Assembly (NCBI GenBank): GCA_016206785.1 | Contig: JACQQV010000012.1 | Span: 9,176-73,175, forward strand | Source of the DNA: Candidatus Omnitrophota bacterium | Lineage (GTDB): Bacteria > Omnitrophota > Gorgyraeia > JACQQV01 | Length of the DNA: 64,000 nt | Direction of reading: 5' to 3' | Shown here: positions 16,240 through 26,153 of the stretch, one piece after another | Layout of the letters: each line of letters begins with the position of its first letter | Position numbering within the stretch: position 1 is the stretch's first letter | Notes under the pieces: generated by a model | Seen by the model: only the letters and a program-made list of their open reading frames with translations | Databases searched by the model: none | Told to the model about the DNA's origin: nothing | Program-made: the position numbers and the translations under genes

Positions 16240-17548
16240 ATTTCTGTTGGGAGGTGATCCAGTCTGCGGCGAAGCGAAGATTTTTTACCGTCTTCTCCTT
16301 CCCGGTCACGGCCAAAAGTTCAAAAAGGCCGGGACTCACCGTCCCGCCGGTCACCGCCACGCGCACCGGGTGGATGATCTCCTTTGCAGGAATGTTCCTT
16401 TCAGCAATGTATCCGCGGATGACTCCTTCGATTCGCTTCGCCTCAAAAGAGGAAAGCTCATCGAGACGGCGGGCGATTTCCTGAAAGTCGGAGGCTAGTT
16501 TTGGATTGCCCAATAGTTCTTTGGCTGCCGCTTCATCATACCGCACCTCTTCCGTAAAAAGAAACCGGCCCATCTCCAGGAGTTCCCGAAGGGTTTTAAG
16601 GCGCGTTTTAAAAAGGGTAAGGATCGCTTCCAGATGCTGATCATCGATCCGCGTTGAAAATCCCTCTTTCTCGAAAATGGAGCGGGTCAGTTTCACAAGA
16701 CGCTTGGCATCCGCTTCCTTCATATATTGGAGATTGATCCAGTCGAGTTTGTCGCTATTAAAAATCGCGGCGTTTTTATTCACTTTGACAATAGAGAATT
16801 CCTCGATCAACTCTTTCGGCGGGACCACCTCCCGATTATTCTTGGGACTCCACCCGAGAAGGGCCAAGTAATTGACAATCGCCTCTGGAAGATACCCCAG
16901 ATCGCGAAACTCCGTAATGGAAGTAGCACCGGTCCGTTTGGAAAGCCGCGACCGGTCCTCTCCCAAAATAAGTGGGATATGCGCAAAAAGAGGAACCGGA
17001 AAGTTAAGCGCCTCATAAATGGCAAGTTGTTTCGGCGTATTCGAAATGTGGTCATCCCCCCGGATCACATGCGTGATTTTCATAAGCGCATCATCGACCA
17101 CACAGGCAAAATTATAGGTCGGGGTGCCGTTTGATTTTGTAATCACGAGGTCTTCAAACTGCGCCTCGGCGGCAAGGTCAAAGACCATCTCTCCATGAAT
17201 CAGATCCTTGACCACCATCTTTTTCTTCGGCATCCGAAGCCGAACCGCCCCCTCGTCCAGATACGCCTTGTCCTGATGAAGGAGTTTCTTTGCAAAGTCG
17301 TCATAGAGTTCAAAACGGCTCGATTGAAGAAGGGGTCCCTCATCCCAATCCAGACCCAGCCATTCCAACGAGTCGAGGATTGTCTTCATGTGGCTCTCCT
17401 CCGAACGGACTACATCCGTGTCCTCGACACGGAGAATAAAGACCCCTTTCTCATGGCGGGCAAAGAGCCAGTTAAAAAGTGCGGTGCGTGCACTTCCGAT
17501 ATGGAGAGACCCGGTGGGGCTTGGGGCGAATCGGACACGTACAGACAT
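16238..17548 (-). CDS. gltX: glutamyl-tRNA synthetase
   Basis: RVRFAPSPTGSLHIGSAR, LRVEDTD, THVIRGDDH, RLSKR, anticodon-binding tail. Confidence 0.96.
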   Translation of the reverse strand: MSVRVRFAPSPTGSLHIGSARTALFNWLFARHEKGVFILRVEDTDVVRSEESHMKTILDSLEWLGLDWDEGPLLQSSRFELYDDFAKKLLHQDKAYLDEGAVRLRMPKKKMVVKDLIHGEMVFDLAAEAQFEDLVITKSNGTPTYNFACVVDDALMKITHVIRGDDHISNTPKQLAIYEALNFPVPLFAHIPLILGEDRSRLSKRTGATSITEFRDLGYLPEAIVNYLALLGWSPKNNREVVPPKELIEEFSIVKVNKNAAIFNSDKLDWINLQYMKEADAKRLVKLTRSIFEKEGFSTRIDDQHLEAILTLFKTRLKTLRELLEMGRFLFTEEVRYDEAAAKELLGNPKLASDFQEIARRLDELSSFEAKRIEGVIRGYIAERNIPAKEIIHPVRVAVTGGTVSPGLFELLAVTGKEKTVKNLRFAADWITSQQK

Positions 17549-17549
17549 G

Positions 17550-17640
17550 TTAAAACGAAGTTCGTGAAACGTGAAACGTGAAGCGTTGTTTGCTATACGA
17601 GATACGCTTCACGAGATACGAGCGACGAAACATGTATCGT
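17550..17640. repeat. degenerate 7-nt periodic intergenic repeats
   Basis: cgtgaaa cgtgaaa cgtgaag ... tacgaga tacgctt cacgaga tacgagc. Confidence 0.6.
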
Positions 17641-17641
17641 C

Positions 17642-20600
17642 TCACAAGCGGGGGGCCTGACCTGCGGCAAAATGGACAGGGCGTTTGGGGTGAAGAAGTG
17701 AGGCAACGAGGGCCTGGGCCTCTTCCATCTTCGGATAACGGATCTGCCGATACCCTTTCACGATCTCGGGACTCTTCAGGGCTTCCACATGGGAGGCGTA
17801 ACTTTCTTCATCATAGTAATGGAATTTATGAATGAGTTCGATGTACCAGTCCCGGAACGCCTTCTCCCGACGGTGCCACTGCGGAAGGAGTCTTCTTAAA
17901 AATTTCATCCGTCTCATCATCTTGAGTTGCCAGTTCCGTGTGGTGATATCAAAACAGATGCTGCGCCCAAAAATCGTGAACTCCGGCCGGTTGAGATGTC
18001 GGTAAATCATCTGATCACCGTTTCGGGGATCTACATTATACCGGAGCTGGTCGCGGGCTATTTTTTCTTCACTCGTCAAAAGATACGATACATAGACCTC
18101 ATCCTTAATGACCATCACCTTATGGAGGTATTCAATGACCGCCCGCGTCGCCTCAAAACGATACGGTGCACGATCACGGCCGTACACCGACTTTACAAGT
18201 TCCGTGTAGCGGCGGGCATACGCCAAGTTTTCGTAGCGGATAAGATCATAAATCCGAAGTGCAAGGGCTTGATGGGTCGCATCGTCGAGCCGCAGATGAT
18301 CTATCGTCTCCTTCACCAGCGCCTGATACGCGAGAGAAAGTTTTTCCCCGCCGTCCCTTGAGAGAAGCATCATCTTCTGTGCAAGGATGGCCTTGCTACT
18401 TTCCATCGTCTCATCGACCGCCCCATAAGAGGAAGGGTGGATCACAACGTCCCGACCGATCCAGAAAGCCTTTAAGTTTTCCTTCAGCCGATCCGGTTTC
18501 ACCGATTGGGCGATCGCCCATTCCAAATTTTTAAGACCGAGCGGCAGTTGCCCTCTTTGATAGGCAATGCCGAGCATGACAAGGTTGGCGTAAAGTTTGT
18601 CTCCTAAAAGGCGCTGCGAGATTTCGGAAATATTCACCCCCAGATATTCTTCTTTGCGCGTATAGCTCTGGATTGTCTTTTCGAGTTCAAACACATCAAA
18701 GTCATCTTCTCCAATAAGGGTCCGGATCGTTGGGGTCTTCTCGGTATTGACGATCGCAGCGGTCCGATTGGGATGGGCGATCCGCATATTCATATGGGGA
18801 TCAAGACCCCGCACCCCCTCGAGGATGTCGATCGCCAGTATCAAATCCGCTTTCCCGTAAGGAATAATGGGGGAAATTGGCGCCCCATTCTTGGCGTAGG
18901 TAAGATGCGAGTAAACACCGCCATTCCGGATGGCAAGACCTTTTTTATCCGAGAAATGCACCGTGTATCCTTCTTGATGGCCGGCCCGTACCAGGATCGC
19001 TGTGATGACACCGATCCCCATGCCACCAACCCCTGCGATATAGACATTCCAGAGTTCCTCGAAAGACCTTGGAGAAACTTCTGGGAGCGGTTCCGCTTCT
19101 TCTTCCATGTCGCGGGGGGGCTTCCGACGTTTCACAATCACCTCTTCAAAAGAGGGGCAAACTTTTCCTTTGCTGCAGGCGCCATCCGCAACACAGTTGG
19201 TAAGGTCGGCCTGAATCTTTGGACCGTAAGGCGTCTTGACCACCGTAAGCCCCGGACAGCCGGTCGCCTTGGTGCATTCCAAACAAAACTCGCAGACCTC
19301 CGGCGTGATATTGATATGGCGTTTGACCGGCAGGAACCCTTTTTCTTTGAGAATCCGGTTTTCTTCATGAGCCATTTTTCGGTGGTACGTGATGCCGCAT
19401 TCCTTGTCAGCGATGATGACCTTGACACCGCCTTTGAGAATCGTCTCTTCCAAAAGTTCACGATACGTCTCGCGATAAGCAGGATTGATCCGCGTGATCG
19501 TGATGTTTGTTCCGTGAAGCATCCCACGGATCACTTCCTCAATACTTTGGGCAATGGTACTTCCTCCGGCGATATCGCAAGCGGTCCCCGGGGTCGGCTG
19601 GTGCCCGGTCATCGCCGTTGTTCCATTCTCAAGGATGATGAAGGTAATGTCTTGGTTGTGTTTCAAGGCATCGGAGATAGCAATCATGCCGCTATGGAAA
19701 AAGGTGGAGTCTCCCATAAAAACGACCTGTTTATTCGTAATAAAAGAGGTGATGCCGGCCCCTGTTCCGCCGCCAAGACCCATCCCCGAATAATTATGCA
19801 TGAGGGGCTTGTTCGGCTCGAACATGAGCATCGTGTAACAGCCGGTGTCTCCATGGAAGAGAAGATCGACCTTATCCCTCCCATGTTTTTTCCTCATATA
19901 GGCAGGATCCATAAAGGATTTTTTGACGTCGAGGAGTACGGTGGAAGAGTCACGGTGCGGACAGCCGGGGCAAAATGTGGGAGTCCTCTCCGGAATCTCC
20001 AACCGGTAAGCACCGGTCTGTTCAATCAATGTAATTTCTTCATTGATTCGAGAAACGGGAATCGGCACGTCCCTCACCATCTTGAGGACCGGTCCCAAAC
20101 GTTCCATGAGGACGGAGGGGTTTAAGCCCCTTGTCTTCGGAAAGGGGAGGAGGTTCTTCGGAAAGGTTTTCCCCCAAACAGGAATAAAACGATCGATGCG
20201 ATGCTGTTGATAGGCATCTTTCAGAATCGTTGCCACCTGGGATTCCAGAAAATCTCTTTTTTCCTCCACCACATAGATCTCTTTGACGGAGGAGGTGAAT
20301 TCAAGAAGAATCTCCGGATCGATGGGATAAGAGATCCCCAATTTCAAAATAGGAAATTTTCCAGAAAGACCGAATTCATACAGGGCATGTTCCAAATAGC
20401 GGTAGGCAAGTCCCGAAGCGATAAACCCGATGTCGTGCGACTTCTCCCGCTCGGCATGCAAAATCTGATTGACGGTATGGCGTACTTCCTGAAGGAGGAT
20501 GCGATAACGTGCCTCGAGCGTCTCTTCCTGCTCGGAGGTGCGGGGCGAAAGGATCACCGTCTCTTCGACGGGAATCAACTCCGTCTCAAGGGAAAAACGA

Positions 20601-21202
20601 TGTCGGGTATTGAGGGTCGGATAAACATTTGGATGGACCTGAACCGTTCCGCCGCCGTCCGCAAGGTTCGTGGTGACCAGATACGCGACGAAAAGTCCAG
20701 AACGGTTTGAGAGGAGGAAAGCGACGTTGAGCCAGTCCTTCATTTCTTGGAAAGAGGCGGGCTCCATCACCGGCATATGAAGGTGTTTGGAAAGATAGCG
20801 GGAATCGGTCGGAACCTGTGTGGAGTCGGACCAGGGGTCATCCCCGATCACGACCACCGCACCGCCCGTCCCTCTCCGCTTCGCGAGATTGCCGAGGGCA
20901 AGTCCGTCGGAGGCGACATGGGCGCCGACACTTTTAATGACAGACATCGCGCGGATGTCACCCATTTGGGAACCGTTCAGCCGCGCCGCAGAGAGCGCCT
21001 CGTTATTCGCCATCTGAAAAGCGATGCCATATTCCTTCAGGATCTGGCTATTCGCCTGGGCGACATTAAAGAAATCGGCGACGGGGGAACCGGGGTAACC
21101 GGTCATAAAAGCCACCCCCGCTTCAAGGGCCCCTTTAAAGAGAAGTTCGGTCCCGGTGTAGACTTGAGACTCTTCTTCCTGGGTGAACCGTTTATCGGGC
21201 AT
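17642..21202 (-). CDS. indolepyruvate:ferredoxin oxidoreductase family protein, fused alpha/beta
   Basis: TGYPGSP, NNEALSA, RTPTFCPGCPH, GDTGC, FMGDSTFFHSG, ENGTTAMTGHQ, ferredoxin Cys cluster, AGVGGMG (beta). Confidence 0.88.
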   Translation of the reverse strand: MPDKRFTQEEESQVYTGTELLFKGALEAGVAFMTGYPGSPVADFFNVAQANSQILKEYGIAFQMANNEALSAARLNGSQMGDIRAMSVIKSVGAHVASDGLALGNLAKRRGTGGAVVVIGDDPWSDSTQVPTDSRYLSKHLHMPVMEPASFQEMKDWLNVAFLLSNRSGLFVAYLVTTNLADGGGTVQVHPNVYPTLNTRHRFSLETELIPVEETVILSPRTSEQEETLEARYRILLQEVRHTVNQILHAEREKSHDIGFIASGLAYRYLEHALYEFGLSGKFPILKLGISYPIDPEILLEFTSSVKEIYVVEEKRDFLESQVATILKDAYQQHRIDRFIPVWGKTFPKNLLPFPKTRGLNPSVLMERLGPVLKMVRDVPIPVSRINEEITLIEQTGAYRLEIPERTPTFCPGCPHRDSSTVLLDVKKSFMDPAYMRKKHGRDKVDLLFHGDTGCYTMLMFEPNKPLMHNYSGMGLGGGTGAGITSFITNKQVVFMGDSTFFHSGMIAISDALKHNQDITFIILENGTTAMTGHQPTPGTACDIAGGSTIAQSIEEVIRGMLHGTNITITRINPAYRETYRELLEETILKGGVKVIIADKECGITYHRKMAHEENRILKEKGFLPVKRHINITPEVCEFCLECTKATGCPGLTVVKTPYGPKIQADLTNCVADGACSKGKVCPSFEEVIVKRRKPPRDMEEEAEPLPEVSPRSFEELWNVYIAGVGGMGIGVITAILVRAGHQEGYTVHFSDKKGLAIRNGGVYSHLTYAKNGAPISPIIPYGKADLILAIDILEGVRGLDPHMNMRIAHPNRTAAIVNTEKTPTIRTLIGEDDFDVFELEKTIQSYTRKEEYLGVNISEISQRLLGDKLYANLVMLGIAYQRGQLPLGLKNLEWAIAQSVKPDRLKENLKAFWIGRDVVIHPSSYGAVDETMESSKAILAQKMMLLSRDGGEKLSLAYQALVKETIDHLRLDDATHQALALRIYDLIRYENLAYARRYTELVKSVYGRDRAPYRFEATRAVIEYLHKVMVIKDEVYVSYLLTSEEKIARDQLRYNVDPRNGDQMIYRHLNRPEFTIFGRSICFDITTRNWQLKMMRRMKFLRRLLPQWHRREKAFRDWYIELIHKFHYYDEESYASHVEALKSPEIVKGYRQIRYPKMEEAQALVASLLHPKRPVHFAAGQAPRL

Positions 21203-23093
21203 AACTTTTTGTTTTAAGTTCCGTTTTGGCGAAGAGAGCGATGTGCTTGGAGGTGAGTTCCGCCTCGATCAAAAGAAGTTCGCGGTCTCCATGTTCAATG
21301 AATCGGGACGAAAGACCCAATCGCCGTACCGGCACAGAGATGTGATGTTTCTCAAAACATTCGAGCACCGCACTCCCAAATCCCCCCTCCAGCACGCTTT
21401 CCTCGACGGTGATGATGGAAGGGGTGCGCTGCGCGACCTCGCACAAAAGCGCCTCATCCAGCGGCTTCACAAATCGCGCATTGACAACGCTTGCCTCGAT
21501 CCCTTCTTTGGACAAAAGGTCGGAGGCCACAAGGGCAGGATACACCATATGCCCATAGGCGACAAACGTGAGATCCGCCCCTTCCCGAACGACCTCGGCT
21601 TTTCCTAACACGATCGGTTGAGAGGGAGTGGCGATAACGGGATTTTTTCCGCGGGGATAACGGATCACGACAGGTCCCGGATGATGGAATGCAAAGCGAA
21701 GCATCTCGTCCAACTCAACCACATCTTTCGGTGCCATCGCGACGAGATTCGGGATGCACCGCATATACGCCACATCAAAAACGCCGTGATGGGTCGGGCC
21801 GTCTTCTCCGACAATCCCGGCACGGTCGATACAGAAAAGGACCGGCAGTTCTTGAAGACAGACGTCGTGGATGATCTGATCGTACGCACGCTGGAGAAAT
21901 GTCGAATAAATCGCGCAGACCGGACGGAGCCCCTTTCTGGCAAGACCTGCGGCAAATCCAATGCCATGCTGCTCGGCCATTCCGACGTCGAAGAAACGGT
22001 CCGGAAATTCCTTCGCAAACTGCGAAAGCCCTGTCCCCTCCGGCATCGCCGCGGTGATCGCCACGATCCGTTTATCCCGCTTGGCAAGCGAAAGAAGACT
22101 CCGCGTAAACGCATCCGTATAGGAAATATCATCGGAGTCTTTGTGATTTCTCGTTTTCTTGGAAAGGGGCCGCCCTGTTTCTACATCAAAAGGATCCATT
22201 TTATGAAATCGCTCGGGGTTTTTTTCGGCCGGAAGATACCCTTTCCCTTTTTTGGTTACGACATGAACAAAGCGGGGGCCTTTGAGCCGTTTCACATTCT
22301 CAAGGGTTGAGATGATCCGTTTGACGTCATGACCGTCGATCGGCCCGAAATAACGGAATCCGAGCTCTTCAAAAATCATGCCCGGGACAAGGAGTCCTTT
22401 TAAACTTTCTTCGAGTTTCTGTGCAGTGTGAACAATCTTCTTGCCGTAGCGGGGAAGTTTTTGAATGAGATCTTGGAGTTCCCCTTTAATCCGATTATAA
22501 ACCGGGGCGGTGATCACACGATTGAGGTATTTCCGGAATCCGCCGACCCCCGGCGCAATCGACATCCGGTTGTCATTCAAGATGAGAAGGAAATCTTTGT
22601 TCTCCAGATGTCCGACATGGTTCAGGGCTTCAAGCGCCATCCCTTCACAAAGGGCGGCATCCCCGATCACCGCGACAACCGCCTCCTCTGTCCCTTGAAG
22701 ATCTCGCGCCGCCAAAAGACCCAACGCCGTTGAAATCGCGGTTCCCCCATGGCCTGTCGTGAAAAGATCGTACGGGCTCTCGTCCTTATTGTAGAAAGGA
22801 CTTAAACCTCCCCGTTGCCGGAATGTTTCAAAGTTTTTGCGTCCGGTGAGAAGCTTATGGGCATACGCCTGATACCCCATGTCCCAGAGAATCTTATCCT
22901 GGGGGGCGTCGAAGACCCTGTGAAGCGCTAAGACAAGTTCCACCCCTCCCAGACTTGAGGCGAGATGGCCCCCGCTTTTGGAAATGGCCTGGATCAGAAA
23001 TTCCCGGATCTCCTGAGCGAGTACTGGAAGTTTCTCTTCGGGAAGTTTTTTGAAATCTGAAGGAGAATGGATTGCGTCAAGAAGTTTTGTCAC
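21192..23093 (-). CDS. dxs: 1-deoxy-D-xylulose-5-phosphate synthase
   Basis: GGHLASSLG, ILNDNRMSI, YFGPIDGHD, DVGMAEQH, YSTFLQRAYDQ, DRAGIVGEDGPTHHG. Confidence 0.97.
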   Translation of the reverse strand: MTKLLDAIHSPSDFKKLPEEKLPVLAQEIREFLIQAISKSGGHLASSLGGVELVLALHRVFDAPQDKILWDMGYQAYAHKLLTGRKNFETFRQRGGLSPFYNKDESPYDLFTTGHGGTAISTALGLLAARDLQGTEEAVVAVIGDAALCEGMALEALNHVGHLENKDFLLILNDNRMSIAPGVGGFRKYLNRVITAPVYNRIKGELQDLIQKLPRYGKKIVHTAQKLEESLKGLLVPGMIFEELGFRYFGPIDGHDVKRIISTLENVKRLKGPRFVHVVTKKGKGYLPAEKNPERFHKMDPFDVETGRPLSKKTRNHKDSDDISYTDAFTRSLLSLAKRDKRIVAITAAMPEGTGLSQFAKEFPDRFFDVGMAEQHGIGFAAGLARKGLRPVCAIYSTFLQRAYDQIIHDVCLQELPVLFCIDRAGIVGEDGPTHHGVFDVAYMRCIPNLVAMAPKDVVELDEMLRFAFHHPGPVVIRYPRGKNPVIATPSQPIVLGKAEVVREGADLTFVAYGHMVYPALVASDLLSKEGIEASVVNARFVKPLDEALLCEVAQRTPSIITVEESVLEGGFGSAVLECFEKHHISVPVRRLGLSSRFIEHGDRELLLIEAELTSKHIALFAKTELKTKSYAR

Positions 23094-23101
23094 GTTTTTT
23101 C

Positions 23102-23917
23102 CTATTGGGTTCGGTGAAGGATGAGGTCTGCTAAATTTGCAAGGATCTCCCCCCGTGTGCCAAAGCGTTTCAAATGAGTTTTCGCTTTCAGGGTGAGCCG
23201 TTCCGCCTCGCGTTCGGCCCCCTTCCGATCAAAGAGAAGACAATATCCTTCACCGTCTATTATATCATCAACAATTTGAAAGGTAAATCCGATGTATTCC
23301 CCGAACTTGAAGAGCTCTTCCACCTCTTTGGGGCGACCGCCTCCCAAAATCCCACCCACTTTAAGACTTGCAGCAATGAGTGCCCCTGTTTTATGCGTAT
23401 GGATATATTCGAGCTTGGGAAGATCCAATTCCTTGCCGTTGAGTTCCAGTTCAGCCACCTGCCCTCCGATCATGCCGCGGGTGCCGATGGCGCGGGAAAG
23501 TTCCTGAGCGACCTGCACCTTTTTGGCGGGAGTCCCCTTCTTTAAAAGAAGCCCGAAGCCGATAGTGAGAAGCGCATCTCCTGCAAGAAGCGCAACCGCC
23601 TCCCCAAATTTTTTATGGACGGACGGTTGTCCTCTCCGGAAGTCATCATTGTCCATGCAGGGAAGATCGTCATGCACAAGACTAAAGGCATGAATGAGTT
23701 CAATCCCGCACGCCGCCGGAAGGGCCTCCTTTACTTTCCCTCCCACCGCTTCACAGGCAGCCAATGTAAGGATCGGGCGGATTCTTTTCCCCCCTTCTAA
23801 ACTATAATGAAGGGCCCGGTGGATACTGGGAGGATATTCTTCTTGGGAAGGGAGAAATTCCGTAAACGCCTTATCAATAAGCCCTCTTTTTTCTTCAAGA
23901 TAACGCTTAAGTCTCAT
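23102..23917 (-). CDS. ispA: polyprenyl (farnesyl) diphosphate synthase
   Basis: GGKRIRP, SLVHDDLPCMDNDDFRRG, HKTGALI, FQIVDDI. Confidence 0.94.
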   Translation of the reverse strand: MRLKRYLEEKRGLIDKAFTEFLPSQEEYPPSIHRALHYSLEGGKRIRPILTLAACEAVGGKVKEALPAACGIELIHAFSLVHDDLPCMDNDDFRRGQPSVHKKFGEAVALLAGDALLTIGFGLLLKKGTPAKKVQVAQELSRAIGTRGMIGGQVAELELNGKELDLPKLEYIHTHKTGALIAASLKVGGILGGGRPKEVEELFKFGEYIGFTFQIVDDIIDGEGYCLLFDRKGAEREAERLTLKAKTHLKRFGTRGEILANLADLILHRTQ

Positions 23918-24174
23918 GCGCCCTCGTCGTCCCTCTCGTCCTCAAGGGATTTTGTGGCGAGCTTTCCATCCCCGCTTTTAAGGAGAAGTTCGATTTTTTT
24001 CTTCGCCTCTTCCAACCGCTTGGAACAGAGTTTGGAAAGGCGGATCCCCTCTTCATACCGTTTCATCGATTCATCCAGAGAAAGATCTCCTTCCTCCAGG
24101 TTCTCGACGATCTCTTCCAATTTTTTGAGTGCTTCTTCGAATTTCATCTCTTTTTTTTCTGTCTTCTCTGCCAT
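23914..24174 (-). CDS. xseB: exodeoxyribonuclease VII small subunit
   Basis: FEEALKKLEEIVENLEEGDLSLDESMKRYEEG; start moved to ATG 24174. Confidence 0.94.
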   Translation of the reverse strand: MAEKTEKKEMKFEEALKKLEEIVENLEEGDLSLDESMKRYEEGIRLSKLCSKRLEEAKKKIELLLKSGDGKLATKSLEDERDDEGA

Positions 24175-24181
24175 TTTGTCC

Positions 24182-25405
24182 TCACTCAATGCGTTCGACA
24201 CGACTAACAAAGGTGCCGCGATGGAGACGCGTCGTCACCTTAGCACCCACGGATAAAGACGCCGTTTCCTGAAGGACTTCACCCCCCGGCCCATAGGTCA
24301 CGCTAAAACCGCGCTGAAGGACCCTTAAGGGGCTTAGCGTTTCAAGTTTCCCGACCTGAAGCAGAAAACGATTTTCCACCTCTGCCAGAACTCCCGCCAT
24401 CCTCTGAGACACCGTTTGAGTCAGATCATCGAGATGCTGTTCTTTTGGAAGAAAGAGTCTTTCCGGCTGACGGAAAAGAATATGTTTCCTCTGGGCCCGG
24501 AGCCTCTCGGCAAGGAACTCCACTTTTTCAAGGAGGGTGGAGCGCAAACGATGTATGCAGTCATCGACCGTTTCCAAAAGTTCCGCCTTATCGGGGACCA
24601 CCATTTCTGCTGCCATGGAAGGGGTTCCGGCCCGGAGATCCGCGACAAAATCGGCGATTGTAAAATCGAGTTCATGCCCCACGCAACTTATAATTGGAAT
24701 CTTTGATGCAAAAATCGCACGGGCTACAACCTCTTCATTAAAGGCCCAGAGGTCTTCCAGGCTTCCGCCGCCTCTTCCGACGAGAAGTACATCCACCTTC
24801 CCAAAGAGATTAAAATCACGGATCGCTTCAGCGATCTCCTCCGCGGCGCCCTCCCCCTGGACCCGCACATCCCGGATAAGTACGCGACTTTCTGTGAACC
24901 GTTCGCCGATCACTTTCAGAATATCCCGGATCGCTTTCCCGGAAAGACTGGTGACAAGGCCGATCCGATTCGGAAGAAAAGGGATCGGTTTCTTATGTTT
25001 CGGATCGAAGAGACCCTCTTTCTCTAATTTTTTCTTCAGTTGTTCAAAGGCGAGCTGTAGCGCCCCAAGACCCTGAGGCTCGATTTTTTCCACGATCAGC
25101 TGGTATTCGCCGCGCGGGGGATAAGTTGAAATCCCTCCGTAGCAAAGAACTTTAAGACCATTTTCCAGTCTGAATTTGACACTCCGGCCGCTTGAAGCAA
25201 AGAGGGCGCACTTTAAGAGGGCCGTTTCATCCTTCAGCGAAAAATAGGTATGCCCTTTTGCGGATTGGGAGAGATTCGTAATCTCCCCTTCCACCCAGAC
25301 CTCCGGAAAGGACTCTTCGAGGAGGGCTTGGATCTGGTGGGTGATTTCCGTGACGGTGTAAATTTTTTTAGAGCTTTTTTTGGATTCTGCGGACTGAATG
25401 AGCAC
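24182..25405 (-). CDS. xseA: exodeoxyribonuclease VII large subunit
   Basis: VWVEGEI, GHTYFSLKD, GRGGGSLEDLWAFNEE, VGHELD; exact start uncertain (GTG 25405). Confidence 0.95.
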   Translation of the reverse strand: MLIQSAESKKSSKKIYTVTEITHQIQALLEESFPEVWVEGEITNLSQSAKGHTYFSLKDETALLKCALFASSGRSVKFRLENGLKVLCYGGISTYPPRGEYQLIVEKIEPQGLGALQLAFEQLKKKLEKEGLFDPKHKKPIPFLPNRIGLVTSLSGKAIRDILKVIGERFTESRVLIRDVRVQGEGAAEEIAEAIRDFNLFGKVDVLLVGRGGGSLEDLWAFNEEVVARAIFASKIPIISCVGHELDFTIADFVADLRAGTPSMAAEMVVPDKAELLETVDDCIHRLRSTLLEKVEFLAERLRAQRKHILFRQPERLFLPKEQHLDDLTQTVSQRMAGVLAEVENRFLLQVGKLETLSPLRVLQRGFSVTYGPGGEVLQETASLSVGAKVTTRLHRGTFVSRVERIE

Positions 25406-26153
25406 GGCCCGTCTCCTCATCAATCTCAAAAATGGCGCCATGAAGCTGGACATTACCGGCCGCCACGTCAAAGCGTCTCGGCATCTGTGTCAAAAACCGT
25501 TCAAGGACCTGCTGGACTTCCCGGCCCAGGACAGAATCGTAAGAACCGGTCATGCCGAGGTCGGTGATATAGGCGGTTCCTTTCGGAAGAATTTTCTCAT
25601 CCGCCGTCTGGATGTGGGTGTGTGTTCCAAAAATAGCACTTACCTTCCCGTCGAGAAACCAGCCGAGGGCGATCTTTTCGCTCGTTGCTTCCGCATGGAT
25701 ATCGACGAGAATAATAGGGGTTTCTCGACGAAGTTCGGCAACCGCCTTCTCCGCTCCTTTAAACGGACAGTCAAAATGTTCACGCATAAAAACGCGGCCG
25801 ATCAGATTAAGGACTCCGACGGAAGTCCCTTTTTTCGAGCGGAGGAGGGATGCACCGCGACCCGGAATCCCATTGGGATAATTAAGGGGCCGAAGGATTC
25901 TTTTATCTTGATCGATAATCTCAAGGATTTCTTTCTTATCCCAGATATGGTCTCCGGACATGATGCAGTCCACACCGGCGCGGAAAAGTTCTTGAGCGGT
26001 TTGAGGGGTGACCCCCGAGCCCCCCGCGATATTTTCACCATTCACCACCACAAAATCGATCCCTTCTTCCTCCCGCATCATCGGAGCGAAGGTTTGAATG
26101 ATTTTGCGGCCCGGTTCTCCGACCGTATCCCCGATAGCAAGAATCTTCATCAT
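25368..26153 (-). CDS. ymdB: YmdB/TIGR00282 family metallophosphoesterase
   Basis: [34 protein letters not shown]; follows rny. Confidence 0.92.
   Translation of the reverse strand: MMKILAIGDTVGEPGRKIIQTFAPMMREEEGIDFVVVNGENIAGGSGVTPQTAQELFRAGVDCIMSGDHIWDKKEILEIIDQDKRILRPLNYPNGIPGRGASLLRSKKGTSVGVLNLIGRVFMREHFDCPFKGAEKAVAELRRETPIILVDIHAEATSEKIALGWFLDGKVSAIFGTHTHIQTADEKILPKGTAYITDLGMTGSYDSVLGREVQQVLERFLTQMPRRFDVAAGNVQLHGAIFEIDEETGRAHSVRRIQKKL

Noticed and set aside
16064-16498. Plus-strand 144-aa ORF
   Set aside because: Antisense to tRNA-Gln and gltX
18773-20125. 450-aa plus-strand ORF (likewise 25398-26393, 39889-40728, 48930-49820)
   Set aside because: Antisense shadows of well-supported genes with no recognisable motifs
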